Of a stretch of DNA of 64,000 nucleotides, positions 13,201 through 25,619 are shown in pieces. The notes under the pieces were generated by a model, which did not search any database, had not been told where the DNA came from, and was given only the letters and a program-made list of their open reading frames with translations. The stretch is from Stegostoma tigrinum (lineage: Eukaryota): the NCBI RefSeq assembly GCF_030684315.1, contig NC_081373.1, forward strand, positions 56,902,864 to 56,966,863, read 5' to 3'. Each line of letters begins with the position of its first letter. Positions within the stretch are counted from its first letter, which is position 1. The position numbers and the translations under genes are program-made.

Positions 13201-13559
13201 ACTTCGCGCCTTGTCTGAGTCATCCCTGCCCTTGAGGTTGTTTTCACCCTGCCTGGGGAGTCTGGAAGATGGGAACACACTCTCAGGAAAAGGCAACCAC
13301 CATTTACAACTGGCATGGGAAGAATTTTCTTCATTGAGGATTTTGAATCTTTGGAAATTTCCACCCTAAAAAATTGTGAATGCTGCAATGTTGAGTCTAT
13401 TTAAGGCTGAGATTGACAAATTTTTTGGTCTCTCAGGGAATCAGAGGAGTGGCTGGGAATATACATAGTTGAGGGATGAATATATTGAATGGTGGACCAG
13501 GATCAAGAGCAGTTTAGTCTACTCCAGTCCCAATTGCTTATATTTTTTATATTAGTTAG

Positions 13560-14690
13560 AGGAAGCTTTATTCTATGTCACATGAAGGCCATACATGCCC
13601 TGTGATTGTTTACTGGAGACAAAGCCAACGGAGTTTTACTCTGTATCTAATGTTACACTGTACCTGTCCTGGGAGTGTTAAATTGGGACAGTTTAGAGGG
13701 AGTTTTTCTGTCTATATGTTTACGCATATTGTACCTGTCCTAGGAATGTTTGATGGGCAATTGTCATGACTGTTTGCTCGGCAAAGGTCCCAAATTTATT
13801 ACAATTCCAGATGGGAGACCTCCAAATTAAACCCCTCTCTTGGTTTGTTGCTGCAAGGTCAATTTAAAATGGATGCCTCCCCTTGTGTTTATCTTTTCCC
13901 AATTAAAATGTCCTAATAGTTTAAAAGGAGCTAATTTTACCAGATTTTCTTGAGTCAAAGAATGAGGTTATTAGCTACTCAATGTGAGAAATGATAATTA
14001 AACATGACATACATACACACAGATTAGAAATTGAGTCAAGAGATAAGTTAAAAGGATATATACATCAATCCTGGATTCCAGGAAGAGTGGATGGCAGAAC
14101 ATTGTGGCTATTAAATTGGCTGATAGAACACAGATAGCGGTAAATGCTGCTGTTTGTCGCGAAGTGGTTGATTTTGAGACTCTTGACTCTACAGATTTGT
14201 TGACAGGTCTTTTTCCTGTTTCATTTTTGATGGTGACTTCACTGGCTGACCTGCTTTTAACAATCAGCGAGAGAATTTTCTTTACCTTTGCAGCACAAGG
14301 GTGTCTAGTAGCTGTCCTCAAAAGAATACATTTGCAGATCCATAAGTAATTCAGGACTATGATCTGCTGTCATAACACAGGGTCCAATGAGATATATTCT
14401 ACACCTAAACCCCTGATGTACCTGTCTTGGGACTATTTGATGGAAACAGTGTGGAAGCAGCTTAAGGATTCCAGTTTAAAAGAGTAGGGGAAAGCTTTAC
14501 TTTTTATTTAATCCTGCGCTCTACCTGTTCTGGAGGGCATTGGATAGGGACAGTGGCAAGGAAGCTTTATTTTTCGTTTACCTTCAGTTTAAAAAAGTAG
14601 AGCGAGCTTTACTCTGTATCTAACCCTGTGCTGCCCCTGTCCAGGGTCTGTTTAATGGGGACAGTGTCGAGGGTGCTTTACTCAGTATTA
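13560..14690. repeat. Degenerate ~60-bp tandem repeat interrupted by a candidate solo LTR (13762-14377)
   Basis: Recurrent GAGCTTTACTCTGTATCTAA...CCTGTCC...GATGGGACAGTG units; insert bounded by TGTCATGAC...GTCATAACA. Confidence 0.6.
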
Positions 14691-14862
14691 AACTTTAACA
14701 CAAGTGTCAAGGCTCCAAAAATCATGAAAATTCACCAAATCAACATTTCAAATAATGAAACTCACATAGCTGAATAAGAATGTATAAATTTAATGGTAAA
14801 TCAGATGATGAACAGTTTAGTCCCATCTCACAAGTCAGAGTTGAGTTGGACCACTTAATTTT

Positions 14863-14946
14863 TCAGGATTTCTCCTCAGCTTCTTCTATGGGTTCTTCTG
14901 CATGTTTGGATTCTTCCTTAGTTGGCAATGTATCCTGATTTTGAGC
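14863..14946 (-). CDS. DYDC1: DPY30 domain-containing protein, last coding exon
   Basis: ttcttctag|AQNQDTLPTKEESKHAEEPIEEAEEKS*; phase 0; ATTAAA (minus strand) at 14789-14794. Confidence 0.65.
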   Translation of the reverse strand, partial: AQNQDTLPTKEESKHAEEPIEEAEEKS

Positions 14947-15570
14947 CTAGAAGAAATCATATCACCAAGTAATTTCCCTGTGAAATATCAGCAAACTGTA
15001 CATCATTGTTATTATTTCTGACCCAGCTGTTTGCCAGTTATTTTCTTCTGATCGCGGAGAACAATATGGCGATTGCTGGAATTTCTCCAGTTCACATTGG
15101 AAGTTAGGGAGGGACATGGCAACTGAATGAATTTATGACCATTCAAAAGGAGTAGGCTAATCAATCAAATGATAAAGACGGGATTAATTGATCAATTACA
15201 AGGAGATCAGTGAGGAGAGATGATTGTTCAGTCATTGAGGAGAGGATCGGTTGTTAAGTTTGAAGATTAGTAGGTGAAATGATGATCAAGCTAGCAATGA
15301 AGGGATGATCAATCTAACAGTGAGGAGAGGATCAGGTATCAGTGAAGAGACGAGTGGATCAGTTAGTGAGGAGAGGAGCAATTGATTCATGAGGAGAGGA
15401 TTGGGCAGTGGGAGAAAATCAGGTACCAAATCAGTGATGAGAGAATCGATCAGTGAGGAAAGCATCAATTGATCAGCAAGAGTTGATCGATTGGTAAAGA
15501 TCAATCAGTGATGAAAGGATCGACGTACAGTGAAGACAGGATTGATTGAACAGTGATCAGTAAAGAGGAT

Positions 15571-16310
15571 CATGCGAGGTGCTTCACTTTGGAAGGAGTA
15601 ACAGAAATACAGAGTAATGGGCTAATGGTAAGATTCCTAGTAGTGTGGTCGGGCAGAGAGATCTCAGTGTCCGTGTGCAGAAATCGCTGAAAGTTACCAC
15701 CCAGGTTGACAGGGTTATTAAGAAGCCATATGGTGTGTTAGGTTTTATTGGTAGAGGGATTGAGTTTCGGAGCCATGAGGTCATGTTGCAGCTGTACAAA
15801 ACTCTGGTGTGGCCTTACTTGGAGTATTGCATACACTTCTCATTGCTGCATTATAGGAAGGATGTGGAAGCATTGGAAAGGGTACAGAGGAGATTTACCA
15901 AGATCTTGCCTGGTATGAAGGGAAGGTCTTATGAGGAAAGGGTGAGGGACTTGAGGCTGTTTTCATTAGAGAGAAGAAGGTTAAGATGTGACTTAATAGA
16001 GACATACAAGATGATCAGAGGATTAGATAGGGTGGACAGTGAGAGGCTTTTTCCTCGGATGGTGATGGCTAGCACGAGAAGACATAGCTCAGAGGTAGGT
16101 TCTTTACTCAGAGAGTAGTAAGGGCGTGGAATGCCCTGCCTGCAACAGTAGTAGACTCGCCAAATTTAAGGGCATTTAAATGGTCATTGGATAAACATAT
16201 ATATTATAATGGAATAGTGTAGGCGAGATGGGTTTCAGATTGGTTTCACAGTTCGGTGCAACATCGAGGGCCGAAGGCCCTATCCTGCGCTGTAATGTTC
16301 TATGTTCTAT
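15571..16310 (+). mobile_element. CR1 LINE 3' fragment
   Basis: ORF 15645-16118 with LQLYKTLV...LEYC...ALERVQRRFT; ATGTTCTATGTTCTATG tail. Confidence 0.92.
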
Positions 16311-16420
16311 GATTAGTGAGTAGAGAATCAAGTGATCAGTAACAAGAGGGTTGATCAATTAATCAGTAACGAGAGTGTTCATCAATCAGTGGAGATGATC
16401 AGTGAAGAGGTGATTGACCA

Positions 16421-16752
16421 GGGCGGCACTGTGGCTCAGTAGTTAGCATGCTGCTTCACAGTGTCAGGAATCCTGGTTCAATTCCAGCCTCAGGCAACTA
16501 TCTGTCTGGAGTTTACACATTGTCCCACATCTGCTGGTGCTCCAATTTCCTTCCACAATTCAATGATGTGCAAGTTAGGTGGATTGGCCATGCTAAATTG
16601 CCCATAGTGAACAAGGATGTGTAGGTTAGGTGTGTTAGCCATGGGAAATGCACAGTTACATGGATAGGATAGGGGACGAGTCTGGATGGAATGCTCTTTG
16701 GAGGGTTGGTTGTCGGGCGAAATGGACTGTTCCCATACTGTGGAGATTCGAG
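16421..16752 (+). mobile_element. HE1-type SINE
   Basis: tRNA-like head GGCTCAGTAGTTAGCA...GGTTCAATTCC and conserved body. Confidence 0.8.
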
Positions 16753-16810
16753 AAAATACAATTATAAAAAAGATCAGCCAGTGGAAACAGGATTGATTAA
16801 GTATGCATTT

Positions 16811-17578
16811 AGGTGATGCATTTTGGAAGGTCGAATTTGAAAGCTGAGTACAGGATTAAGGATAGGATTCTTGGCAGCGTGGAGGAACAGAGGGATCTTG
16901 GTGTGCAGATACATAGATCCCTTAAAATGGCCACCCAAGTGGACAGGGTTGTTAAGAAAGCATATGGTGTTTTGGCTTTCATTAACAGGGGGATTGAGTT
17001 TAAGAGTCGTGAGATCTTGTTGCAGCTCTATAAAACTTTGGTTAGACCGCACTTGGAATACTGCGTCCAGTTCTGGGCGCCCTATTATAGGAAAGATGTG
17101 GATGCTTTGGAGAGGGTTCAGAGGAGGTTTACCAGGATGCTGCCTGGACTGGAGGGCTTATCTTATGAAGAGAGGTTGACTGAGCTCGGTCTCTTTTCAT
17201 TGGAGAAAAGGAGGAGGAGAGGGGACCTAATTGAGGTATACAAGATAATGAGAGGCATAGATAGAGTCGATAGCCAGAGACTATTTCCCAGGGCAGAAAT
17301 GGCTAGCACGAGGGGTCATAGTTTTAAGCTGGTTGGTGGAAAGTATCGAGGGGATGTCAGAGGCAGGTTCTTTACGCAGAGAGTTGTGAGAGCATGGAAT
17401 GCGTTGCCAGCAGCAGTTGTGGAAGCAAGGTCATTGGGGTCATTTAAGAGACTGCTGGACATGTATATGGTCACAGAAATTTGAGGGTGCATACATGAGG
17501 ATCAATGGTCGGCACAACATTGTGGGCTGAAGGGCCTGTTCTGTGCTGTACTGTTCTATGTTCTATGTTCTATGTTCT
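16811..17578 (+). mobile_element. Young CR1 LINE 3' fragment, near-identical to 316-1070
   Basis: ORF 16813-17484 differs from ORF 396-1334 only at a few residues near the C-terminus; (CTATGTT)n tail. Confidence 0.95.
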
Positions 17579-19688
17579 AAGACGAATGATTGATAATTAA
17601 GGAGAGGATTGATCCTCTCCTCAATGATTGATCAGTAAAGACAGAATGAATCGGTGAGGAGTGGACCAACTCATGAAGAGGGGATTGATCAGTGGCAAGA
17701 GGATGGATCAATCAATCAATAAGGAGAGAATCAGTTATCAGCAAGGAGAATGTCAATCAGTGGAGAGGATGGACCAATCAGTGAAGAGATAATCAATGAG
17801 GGGAGAATTGACTAGTAAGGAAACAAATGACAAATCATTAAGGAGAAGATCAAACATAAGGAGTGCATTGATTGCGCTGCAAGGAGACAATCGATTGATC
17901 AGTGAAGATAAGACTGAACAGTGATCAATTCATGAAGGGCGATCAGTGAGGAGAGGAAAACTCAATCATTAATGTGTGGATTTATCAGTAAAGACAGGAT
18001 CGAATAGTGAGCAAAGATAAAATCAATCAATCTGTAAAGAGAGGATCAATCGGTGTGCAGAATGTCAATGGTGATGAAAATATGAGGAGAAGATCGATCA
18101 GGAGAGGATGAAGTTATGAATTTTGCCTGTAGATTTTTTGGGACTTTGTGAAACTAAGTACATTTTGATGTAGGATGTAGCATAGTGCTGCTCCTGTAGG
18201 TTCATCAATGCCAGACGGTAAACGATTTGGCATAATCTATTTTGTAGGAGCTGATTGATTGTTAGAGCTGATGTGCCCTGTTCAATTGAATGTCACAGGG
18301 CAAATGTTAATATTCTCTTTGAATCATTTTGATTGTTACCTGGGACTTGGTATGGTGTAAATATTACTTGCCACTTAACAACCCAATACTGGAAATAAAA
18401 TTTGACCTTGGAAGGAGATATTACCAAAGTAAGGATGTAAATGTTTTGGAAGCAGTTCAGAGATTTACCAGCCTAAAACATGGAATGGACAGATTATCTT
18501 ATGACAAAAGGTTGGACACACTGGCTTTGTAACCACTGAAGTTTAGATAAGAAATGACTTGATTGATACTTGGAAAATCCTGAGTTGTCTTGACAGGGTA
18601 TTTGCAGATAGCTTGTTTCCTCTTGTGGGAGGATCTAGAACTGGTGGTCGCCCTTTTAAGCTAGAAATGAGGAGATTTATTTTTCTTTCAGAAGACAGTG
18701 AGTCTTTGGAATTCTCTTCCTCGAAAGATGGTGGAAGCAGACTTCCTGAATATTTTTAAGGCAGTGGTGCATAAATTTTTAAGCAAGCAGTTGAAAGGTT
18801 ATTAGGGGTAGGCAGGATTGTAGAGTTATCAGATCAGTCACAATCTTATTGAACAACAGAGCAGGCTTGAAAGACTGAGTGGCTTATTCCTGTTCCTAAT
18901 TTGTATGTCCATGTGTTCACAGGTGACCAAAGATTGTGCATGGTGGTTTTAATGATGTCTAGATAGTTTTAAAGACGTAGAAGCAAGCCATCATGGTCAT
19001 GGTGAGAAGCTTATCTCCATTCTTGACAGGAAACTAAGATTATGAATAATCTGGTTCAGTCTCAGACAGTTGCCAGGAAGAGGGATGGAGTCATTGTTTA
19101 TGCAAAAGAATTTGTAGTTGGGACCGAAGAAGTTTTTAATCTTCTTAATGTTTAGTTGCTTATCTGATATTGGACGTTGGACCAGCATCATGACCAATTA
19201 GAGATACAGCGGTGGTCAAGAGAGATAATGAAAGAAAGATCCGTGAAAGTCACCAGAGGGAAGAGGGGCTATTACAAAGTGATTCACTGACTAAAATTAG
19301 TTAGATAACAATGGAACCAGGTGAGAACAATTCTACCCAGATGAGACAATGCTCTTGAATAATCATTTGTATTTTCAAGCTATGGCCGGCACAGTCCTCA
19401 ACCATTCAAGACACTGGAGTTGCTACCCAATGCTCCTTAACATTTCCAGTCTCTGTTCACTGACCCAATGTTTCCAGAACCAGGAAACAATCCTACCATT
19501 AAGTGCTTTTCTTTTACCCTTCAGGACTTTACAAGTCTCCTTGTCTACAGGTAAGCTCAAATACCTTCTTGATCTTTTTCTGGCTTTTTTGGTCTTAAAA
19601 GGGTGAAGTTAGGTTAACACGTAATCAGAAAGGGAAGTTGAGTAAGGTTAAATTAAGTTCAGAATATGAAGCCGAATAGGTTACTCAC

Positions 19689-19802
19689 CTGCACAACAAC
19701 ATTTGTTTCATCTTTCTCTTCCACAGTTTCAAGTTCAGGTTCCCCAAACCATTCAGGTGGCACTAATGAAGATGAACTTGCCATAATAGCACGCTCAGCA
19801 TT
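19689..19802 (-). CDS. DYDC1: DPY30 domain-containing protein, coding exon 4
   Basis: ttttattag|NAERAIMASSSSLVPPEWFGEPELETVEEKDETNVVVQ|gtgagt; FGEPELETVEEKDE resembles the recalled DYDC1 C-terminal motif YGAPNLSRVEELDE. Confidence 0.8.
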
Positions 19803-22008
19803 CTAATAAAACAAGACAGTTCATGATCAGGGAGAACCAAGACAAAGAGAGAGAGAAGAATCACATAGGGACGGATGACAGCGAGAGATGTACCACAGAG
19901 AATGAACACTTGAGAAAGACCCTGAGTGGGACAAGGGGGGAGAAAATGGAAAGACAGAGGCCATGATAAGATAACAGTGAAAAAGAAGGAAAAAGGAGAC
20001 AAGGGTAAACAAGGTGTGAGAAAAAGAGAAGAAGGGAGGAGACAGAACAAAGGAAGAATGTTGAAAAGGAAAGAAAGTAAGGAGAAATGATAGAGTCAGA
20101 GGAAGAGGTAAAACAGAGATATATGAAGGAAATGCAAAAGAGAGTGAGTGATAGTCAAATAAAGAGAGAAATAAAGCTGAGAAAAAGGGAATGGATAAAG
20201 AAATGAGAGAAAAGATGAGATATTAAAAAAAGGTGAAAGAGAATGTCAAAGTAAAGCAGATAGAGAAACAGAAAATACATATTTGAATGCTATAAGAGAA
20301 TGGGAGAAACACAAAGAGGAGAGATAAATAACCAAGACAGTGTAAAGAACGACAGATAAAAGATTGGGTAGAGATCAAAGAATCACAATGACAGAATATC
20401 ACACCATTTGACCTGTGGTGTCTGTGCCAGCACTCTGCAAGAAAAATTGAGTTAGACCTGCAGTCTTACATTTTCCCAGAAGCATTGCCATTCTTCTTTT
20501 CAGATAAAGATCCAATTCCCAATTGTCGATATCCATTGAATCTGCCTTTACTACATTCAGGTATTACTTTGCAGATCCTAATCACTCTGTGTGTAAGAAC
20601 ATGTGGTAGCGTGTATGGGTGTGAGAAAGAGAGAGTCACAGACACAAGTTTGTTAGTTTGGCCGATGCCTCTGGTGTTAACAGTGCATTTGTCGTGGGCA
20701 GTGTGCTTACTGTGGCCAGTTCAGTTGGTGCTTTCGGTGCATTCAGCACAGTTATCACAATCGGTGCTTTTAGGTTAGTCATTACGTTTGGGGTATTCAA
20801 ACTGTCAGTCCCTTTTCTGTAGCCAGTGTGGTCAAATGCTGTCAGATTGTTTGCATAATTGGTGCATATAGCACAGTCAGTGTGTTTGACGTGGTCAGAA
20901 TCATTTGCATGATCAGCGTGGTCAGTGTGCTACCTGTCACATGTTGAAATGGAAGCCAGTAATTGAGTAGATTTGTGTTCAGATTCTTTGCTGTGATTTG
21001 TTGAGTTCAGAATGAAAAGTGTCAGGGGAAAATGTGAAAGAGCATAGGTGAAAGGAAAAATGGAAAGAGAGGTGAAAAATCAAAATGGGTCACAAACAAA
21101 TATGGTGGCAAAAGAGATAGTTCAGAGAAAGAATGTGAAAGAGGCAGCAATTTTTTAGGTAAAGAGGGAATTAAAATGGCAGTAACAATCAGAAAAAGAA
21201 TGCAGTCAGAGTGAAAGGAGGGAAAAGGGACAAAACGAGAGGAGAGATAGGGTTAAAGAGAGAGCATGAGAGAAAAAGATGGGAAGTCTAGTGAAAGCGT
21301 GGCAAAGTTGGATTCTGAAGGATGGCTGGAACAGGAGAATCACAGAGATAGAGAGAGAAAATGGGGTAATGATAGAAGAATGGAGAGAGAGAGAGAGAAG
21401 GAAGACATCCTGAGAGACAGCAAAGAGTTAAACAGTGACCTAGGTCATAGGAGAACGGGAAGAAAAAGACAGGAACTAGTGAGAAAAGAGATTGAGAGAG
21501 AAGGTTAAAAAGAGAGAAACTGAAGATAGTCAGGAGAAAGTATGAGTCAATAAAGCAAAAGGTCAGTGCGATTTGCTGAGATTCCCATTTCTAGCCAGCA
21601 GATCATCCCAACCAGAAGATCCCTGTTCTGATCAACCCCGGTTGTATCTATACTATTTTTGTTGCTCACAATAATGTGGGTCCAGAGTTAAATTTGGCCT
21701 TGTCTCGGTACGGATGGCAGGTGCTCCTTCCCAAACGACAGAAGTGAACCAATGGGCCTTTTTACAGTAATCAATTTGGTCACCAGCACAGATCCCAGCT
21801 ATTTAAAGCAAAGTTCAGATTCTCAAATTGTCCTGTCATGATTGTCCCCTTGAATTGAGAAATGAGGGCACATTGCATTTCACTGAGGCTGGAGTCAAAT
21901 GTAACAAGAAGTGCTGGGGATTGATTACATGGTCATGTGACTCTGTCATCCCACACACACTCAGTGAACACACACAGGCAGTGAGTAAAGTGCTGACGTA
22001 GCATTGAC

Positions 22009-22119
22009 CTGCATGTCCAGTTTCTGCAAGACCATTTCTTGCTTTTCCTTCAGTGTATCAAGAGCAGCCAAAATCTGAAGCTGCTGCTTCTCAAGCTCAA
22101 GATTCGTTATGTCGAGTTT
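22009..22119 (-). CDS. DYDC1: DPY30 domain-containing protein, coding exon 3 (coiled coil)
   Basis: Strong acceptor ttttctttcctctttacag; KLDITNLELEKQQLQILAALDTLKEKQEMVLQKLDMQ; 111 nt, phase 0; donor gtcaat is weak. Confidence 0.7.
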
Positions 22120-22559
22120 CTGTAAAGAGGAAAGAAAACAGTTTCAGTTCATTACTCCTCACTCTATTAAAAACTCTTCCTCACCTTCCCACAGCATTTT
22201 TTGCCAAAAGCTTAAATCTACATCCCTCGTCCTGGCAATACCAGCTAATGGGAACAAATTTTCCTGGTTTACCTTATCCAAATGTGTCATAATCTTTTTT
22301 CCCTCTATTAAATTGCCATGCAATCTCCATTGTTCCAAGGAGAATAACCTCAGGTTTTGCAACCTAACCTCGTAGCTAAAATCCCTCAGTCCCTGAACCA
22401 TTATGCCCCTGCAAAGTGATACAAACTATTGAAAAAAATTCCTATTCATAGGAGGGGCAGGTTTAAAAAGGACAAGAAATATAACAAACAGCAGGAATAT
22501 CACCTATAGCTGGAGCCAATACAATTATGACATCTTAGTGGCCATGAACAAACTAGAAG

Positions 22560-24341
22560 TTAATAAAAGATGCGGAACAACAAGAACTACAAGGATGTGT
22601 AGAACTTAGGATGTGCATGGAGGTGCCTGATAGGAACATCTAGCCTTTTCATATAAGTGCATATGCACTGAAAAGGGGTCTCCTGACGGGACTTATAATG
22701 CCAAAGCAAGGCTAGTGGATCAAGATTTTGAAGTAAAACTGGGGTATCATGGTAAAATGGGATATCACTGATGGTAGGAAAAGCAATTTTGTAAATTTTC
22801 ATTTAGCTTTGTTAGCAACAAATGGTTGGCCGTTTAGATCAATTGATATTAAAACTGCATTTCTGCAAGATCAACTTATGACACAGGCAAATCTTTGTCC
22901 CTCAAGAGGTACCAAATGCAATGGATACAGTCTGTACGCTAAATAAATGTGTATATGACTTAAAGGATGCTTCTAGCATTTGGTATTTCTCAGCAAGGTC
23001 TGCAATTTTAAAGTTGAGTTATTTTCAATTGATAGAAAACACTGCCATGTTTTTTCTGATATCATAAAGAGCAGCTTTCAAGCATCTTTATAATGTATGT
23101 AAAGACTTTTTGTGTGGTGGGAGCAGTGAATTTGAAAACCTTGTCATAAATGGACTTAGAAGTCAAAATTGGAATTTAGGCTTCTGATGCTTTTAAGCAT
23201 GCTGGATTGAATATCAGGTAGAATGGATCAAGTAGCACTTTTGCATCAACAATCTTATTTGGAAGGTGTTAACCTCATTGTTATTAGTCAAAGTTGGGTC
23301 GCCCAAAATGATTCAAAACTGAATTGGTGCTATTGTGAAGTCTAATAGGACATCTGAATTAGCAAAGCATCTAAACAAGGCCAAATTCATGTTTTGAAAT
23401 ATTAGAGATGAACACAATATGAAAAATCCCATGATGAAAGATATTATTTGGGCGAACTAATCATTGAAAACATTGAAAATGGAACATTGTAATTTGAAAT
23501 TTCCCTCATTGGGAAATGCCAGGAACATGATGCTTTTTATGCAAATCTCTGATGGTTCTCAAGTGCAGAACAGCGTATACTTTATCTTGTGGGAAAGGGA
23601 CGTCACTATTGCGCTTCAGCTTCAGAAGCTGAAAAGATCAGAAGAGTGGTTAAAAAAATACTTTAGTGGCATAGACTCTAATTCTTGATGCGGTGGCACG
23701 ATTCTTAGTGAAAATACTTGGAAAAATTTTATAAAGGTTTTCAACAGTAATACCTACAGAGTGCTACATTGATTAGAAAGTCACTATGACATAACATACA
23801 CTCAACGAAAAGTGTAAGTGAGAAAAGATTGAGGATTGATATTGTAGTTTTAAAACTGATTGTGGAGAACAGAGAGATCTCTAAATTGAAAAGGGGAGAT
23901 AGCAGTAGTCAGCTGTTTTACAAAAAAAAGTAGTACGTTCTAAGAAACTGTTGAACATGCTGGGGAAAAAAAACTTGGAACTTTACTTATTGTTTGATTT
24001 GTCTAAGAAGAAAAGATAAATCCATTATCATGCAATATTGTCTGAAGAAATGCCTGAAACTTTACGAAATTAGCATTCTCTTAACGTTACTGATGGAAAT
24101 TTGGAGGTCGATGAAGCAGTCTGAAATGTTAGATGAAGCATTGGAGGGAGCAGATGTTCATTGTTCAGATGTTCATAATTCAATGTTCATTGAATTAATT
24201 GGGTTTTACATAGTTGTATAAATATAGGGAGCCAATAATCAGTAGGGTGTAAATTTTATCGAGAGTAACTGAAATAAAGCTCTCGCCTAAAAGTACAGAC
24301 TTGAATTCTGTTTAAATGTAGTTAAGTTTTGGATTATAACA
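22560..24341 (+). mobile_element. Decayed Ty1/copia LTR retrotransposon remnant (RT-RNase H plus candidate 3' LTR 24155-24341)
   Basis: Broken frames give KARLV, SIDIKTAFLQ, NKCVYDLKDAS-IWY and HSTKSVSEKRLRIDI; purine tract, then a TG...CA segment containing AATAAA. Confidence 0.75.
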
Positions 24342-25009
24342 CCAATGATGTTGAATTGATTGGCTGTTTGTAAAAATACTTCAAAAAAAAGGCTGATCTC
24401 ATCTTGGCTTCAACTCCACTTTCCTGCCACCTCCCATAATCCTTTAACAAATCACTAATTAAAAAATCTATCTCCTTCTTAAATTGACTGAATTGTCAAG
24501 AGGATTTCTGTCCTAATATCTATTCACTACAGTTCTCCTTTCATACTGTCATCAAACAGGGTAAGGATGGCTTATTAAGGATGACCTGAACATCCATTTA
24601 AATTTACCATCTCATGTGGTCCTCCTAGTCCCCATAGTTTTAATCACAGGTAAAGCCACCCCTGATTATTCCTTGGTATCACTCTCCAACAACATACACT
24701 TGCTAAGCCCCAACTTGACCTAATTCTATATTTTACCCTGAAAAAAACCTATCCTCTAATTTGCTAACAACTTCACTTCCAACATCTCAGTTCTCTAGCT
24801 TCTAGACCTCCATTCACCAGGAATATTTCAGTACCTACGGATTTACTAAACTGCCTTCATTGCCACTTTAGATATCCTTCTTCCATTAAAACCACGGCAA
24901 TCTGTCTCACACTGGCCACTCCTTGCTGTGCCCCTTATCTCTGTTCTATTGAGCCCAAGTGAGTCATATTTCAAAGAATGTGGCTGAGTGCTGGTTCAGT
25001 CAATCATCT

Positions 25010-25345
25010 AGAATCATAGAAACCCAATAGTGTGGAAACAGTCCTTTCGGCCCAACAAGTCAACACCGACCCTTGGAGCATCCCACCTAGACCCATCCCC
25101 CATGACCCACCTAATCTACACACCCCTGAACACTACAGGCAATTTGGCATGGTCAATCCACTTAACCTGCTCATCTTTGGACTGTGGGAGGAAATAGGAG
25201 CACCTGGAGGAATCCCACACAGACACAGGGAGAATATGCAAACTCCACACAGACAGTCACCCAAGGGTGGAATCGAACTGGGTCCCTGCTGTGAGGCAAC
25301 AGTGCTAACCACTGAGCCACCATGCCACCCCCACCCCTACTGAGC
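25010..25345 (-). mobile_element. HE1-type SINE
   Basis: Reverse complement of the HE1 head and body. Confidence 0.8.
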
Positions 25346-25619
25346 CATCATGCAGCCCCAAATCTACTGACCAGATTTGGCGCAATTCACATAACACTGA
25401 CTAAGTGTCTGAATTGCTCTGGCAACCTGCACTTTTATATGCATGTTGCAGTCTGGAACTGTTAATAGTGATGACCATAAGAAATAAGAACAGGATTAGA
25501 CATTCAGTCCCTTGAGCCTTCTCTGCCATTCATAAGATTATTGTCTTATGAGCAAAGATTAAACAGTTTGGAATCTGCTTATTGGAATTTAGAAGAATGG
25601 GAGGTGGCCTCATTGAAAC

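Larger units (their letters stand above)
15170..18110. repeat. Degenerate GATCAGTGAGGAGAG-like tandem array, fragmented by CR1 and SINE insertions
   Basis: Recurrent GATCAGTGA/GGAGAGGAT units at ~15170-15570, 16310-16420 and 17580-18110. Confidence 0.65.
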
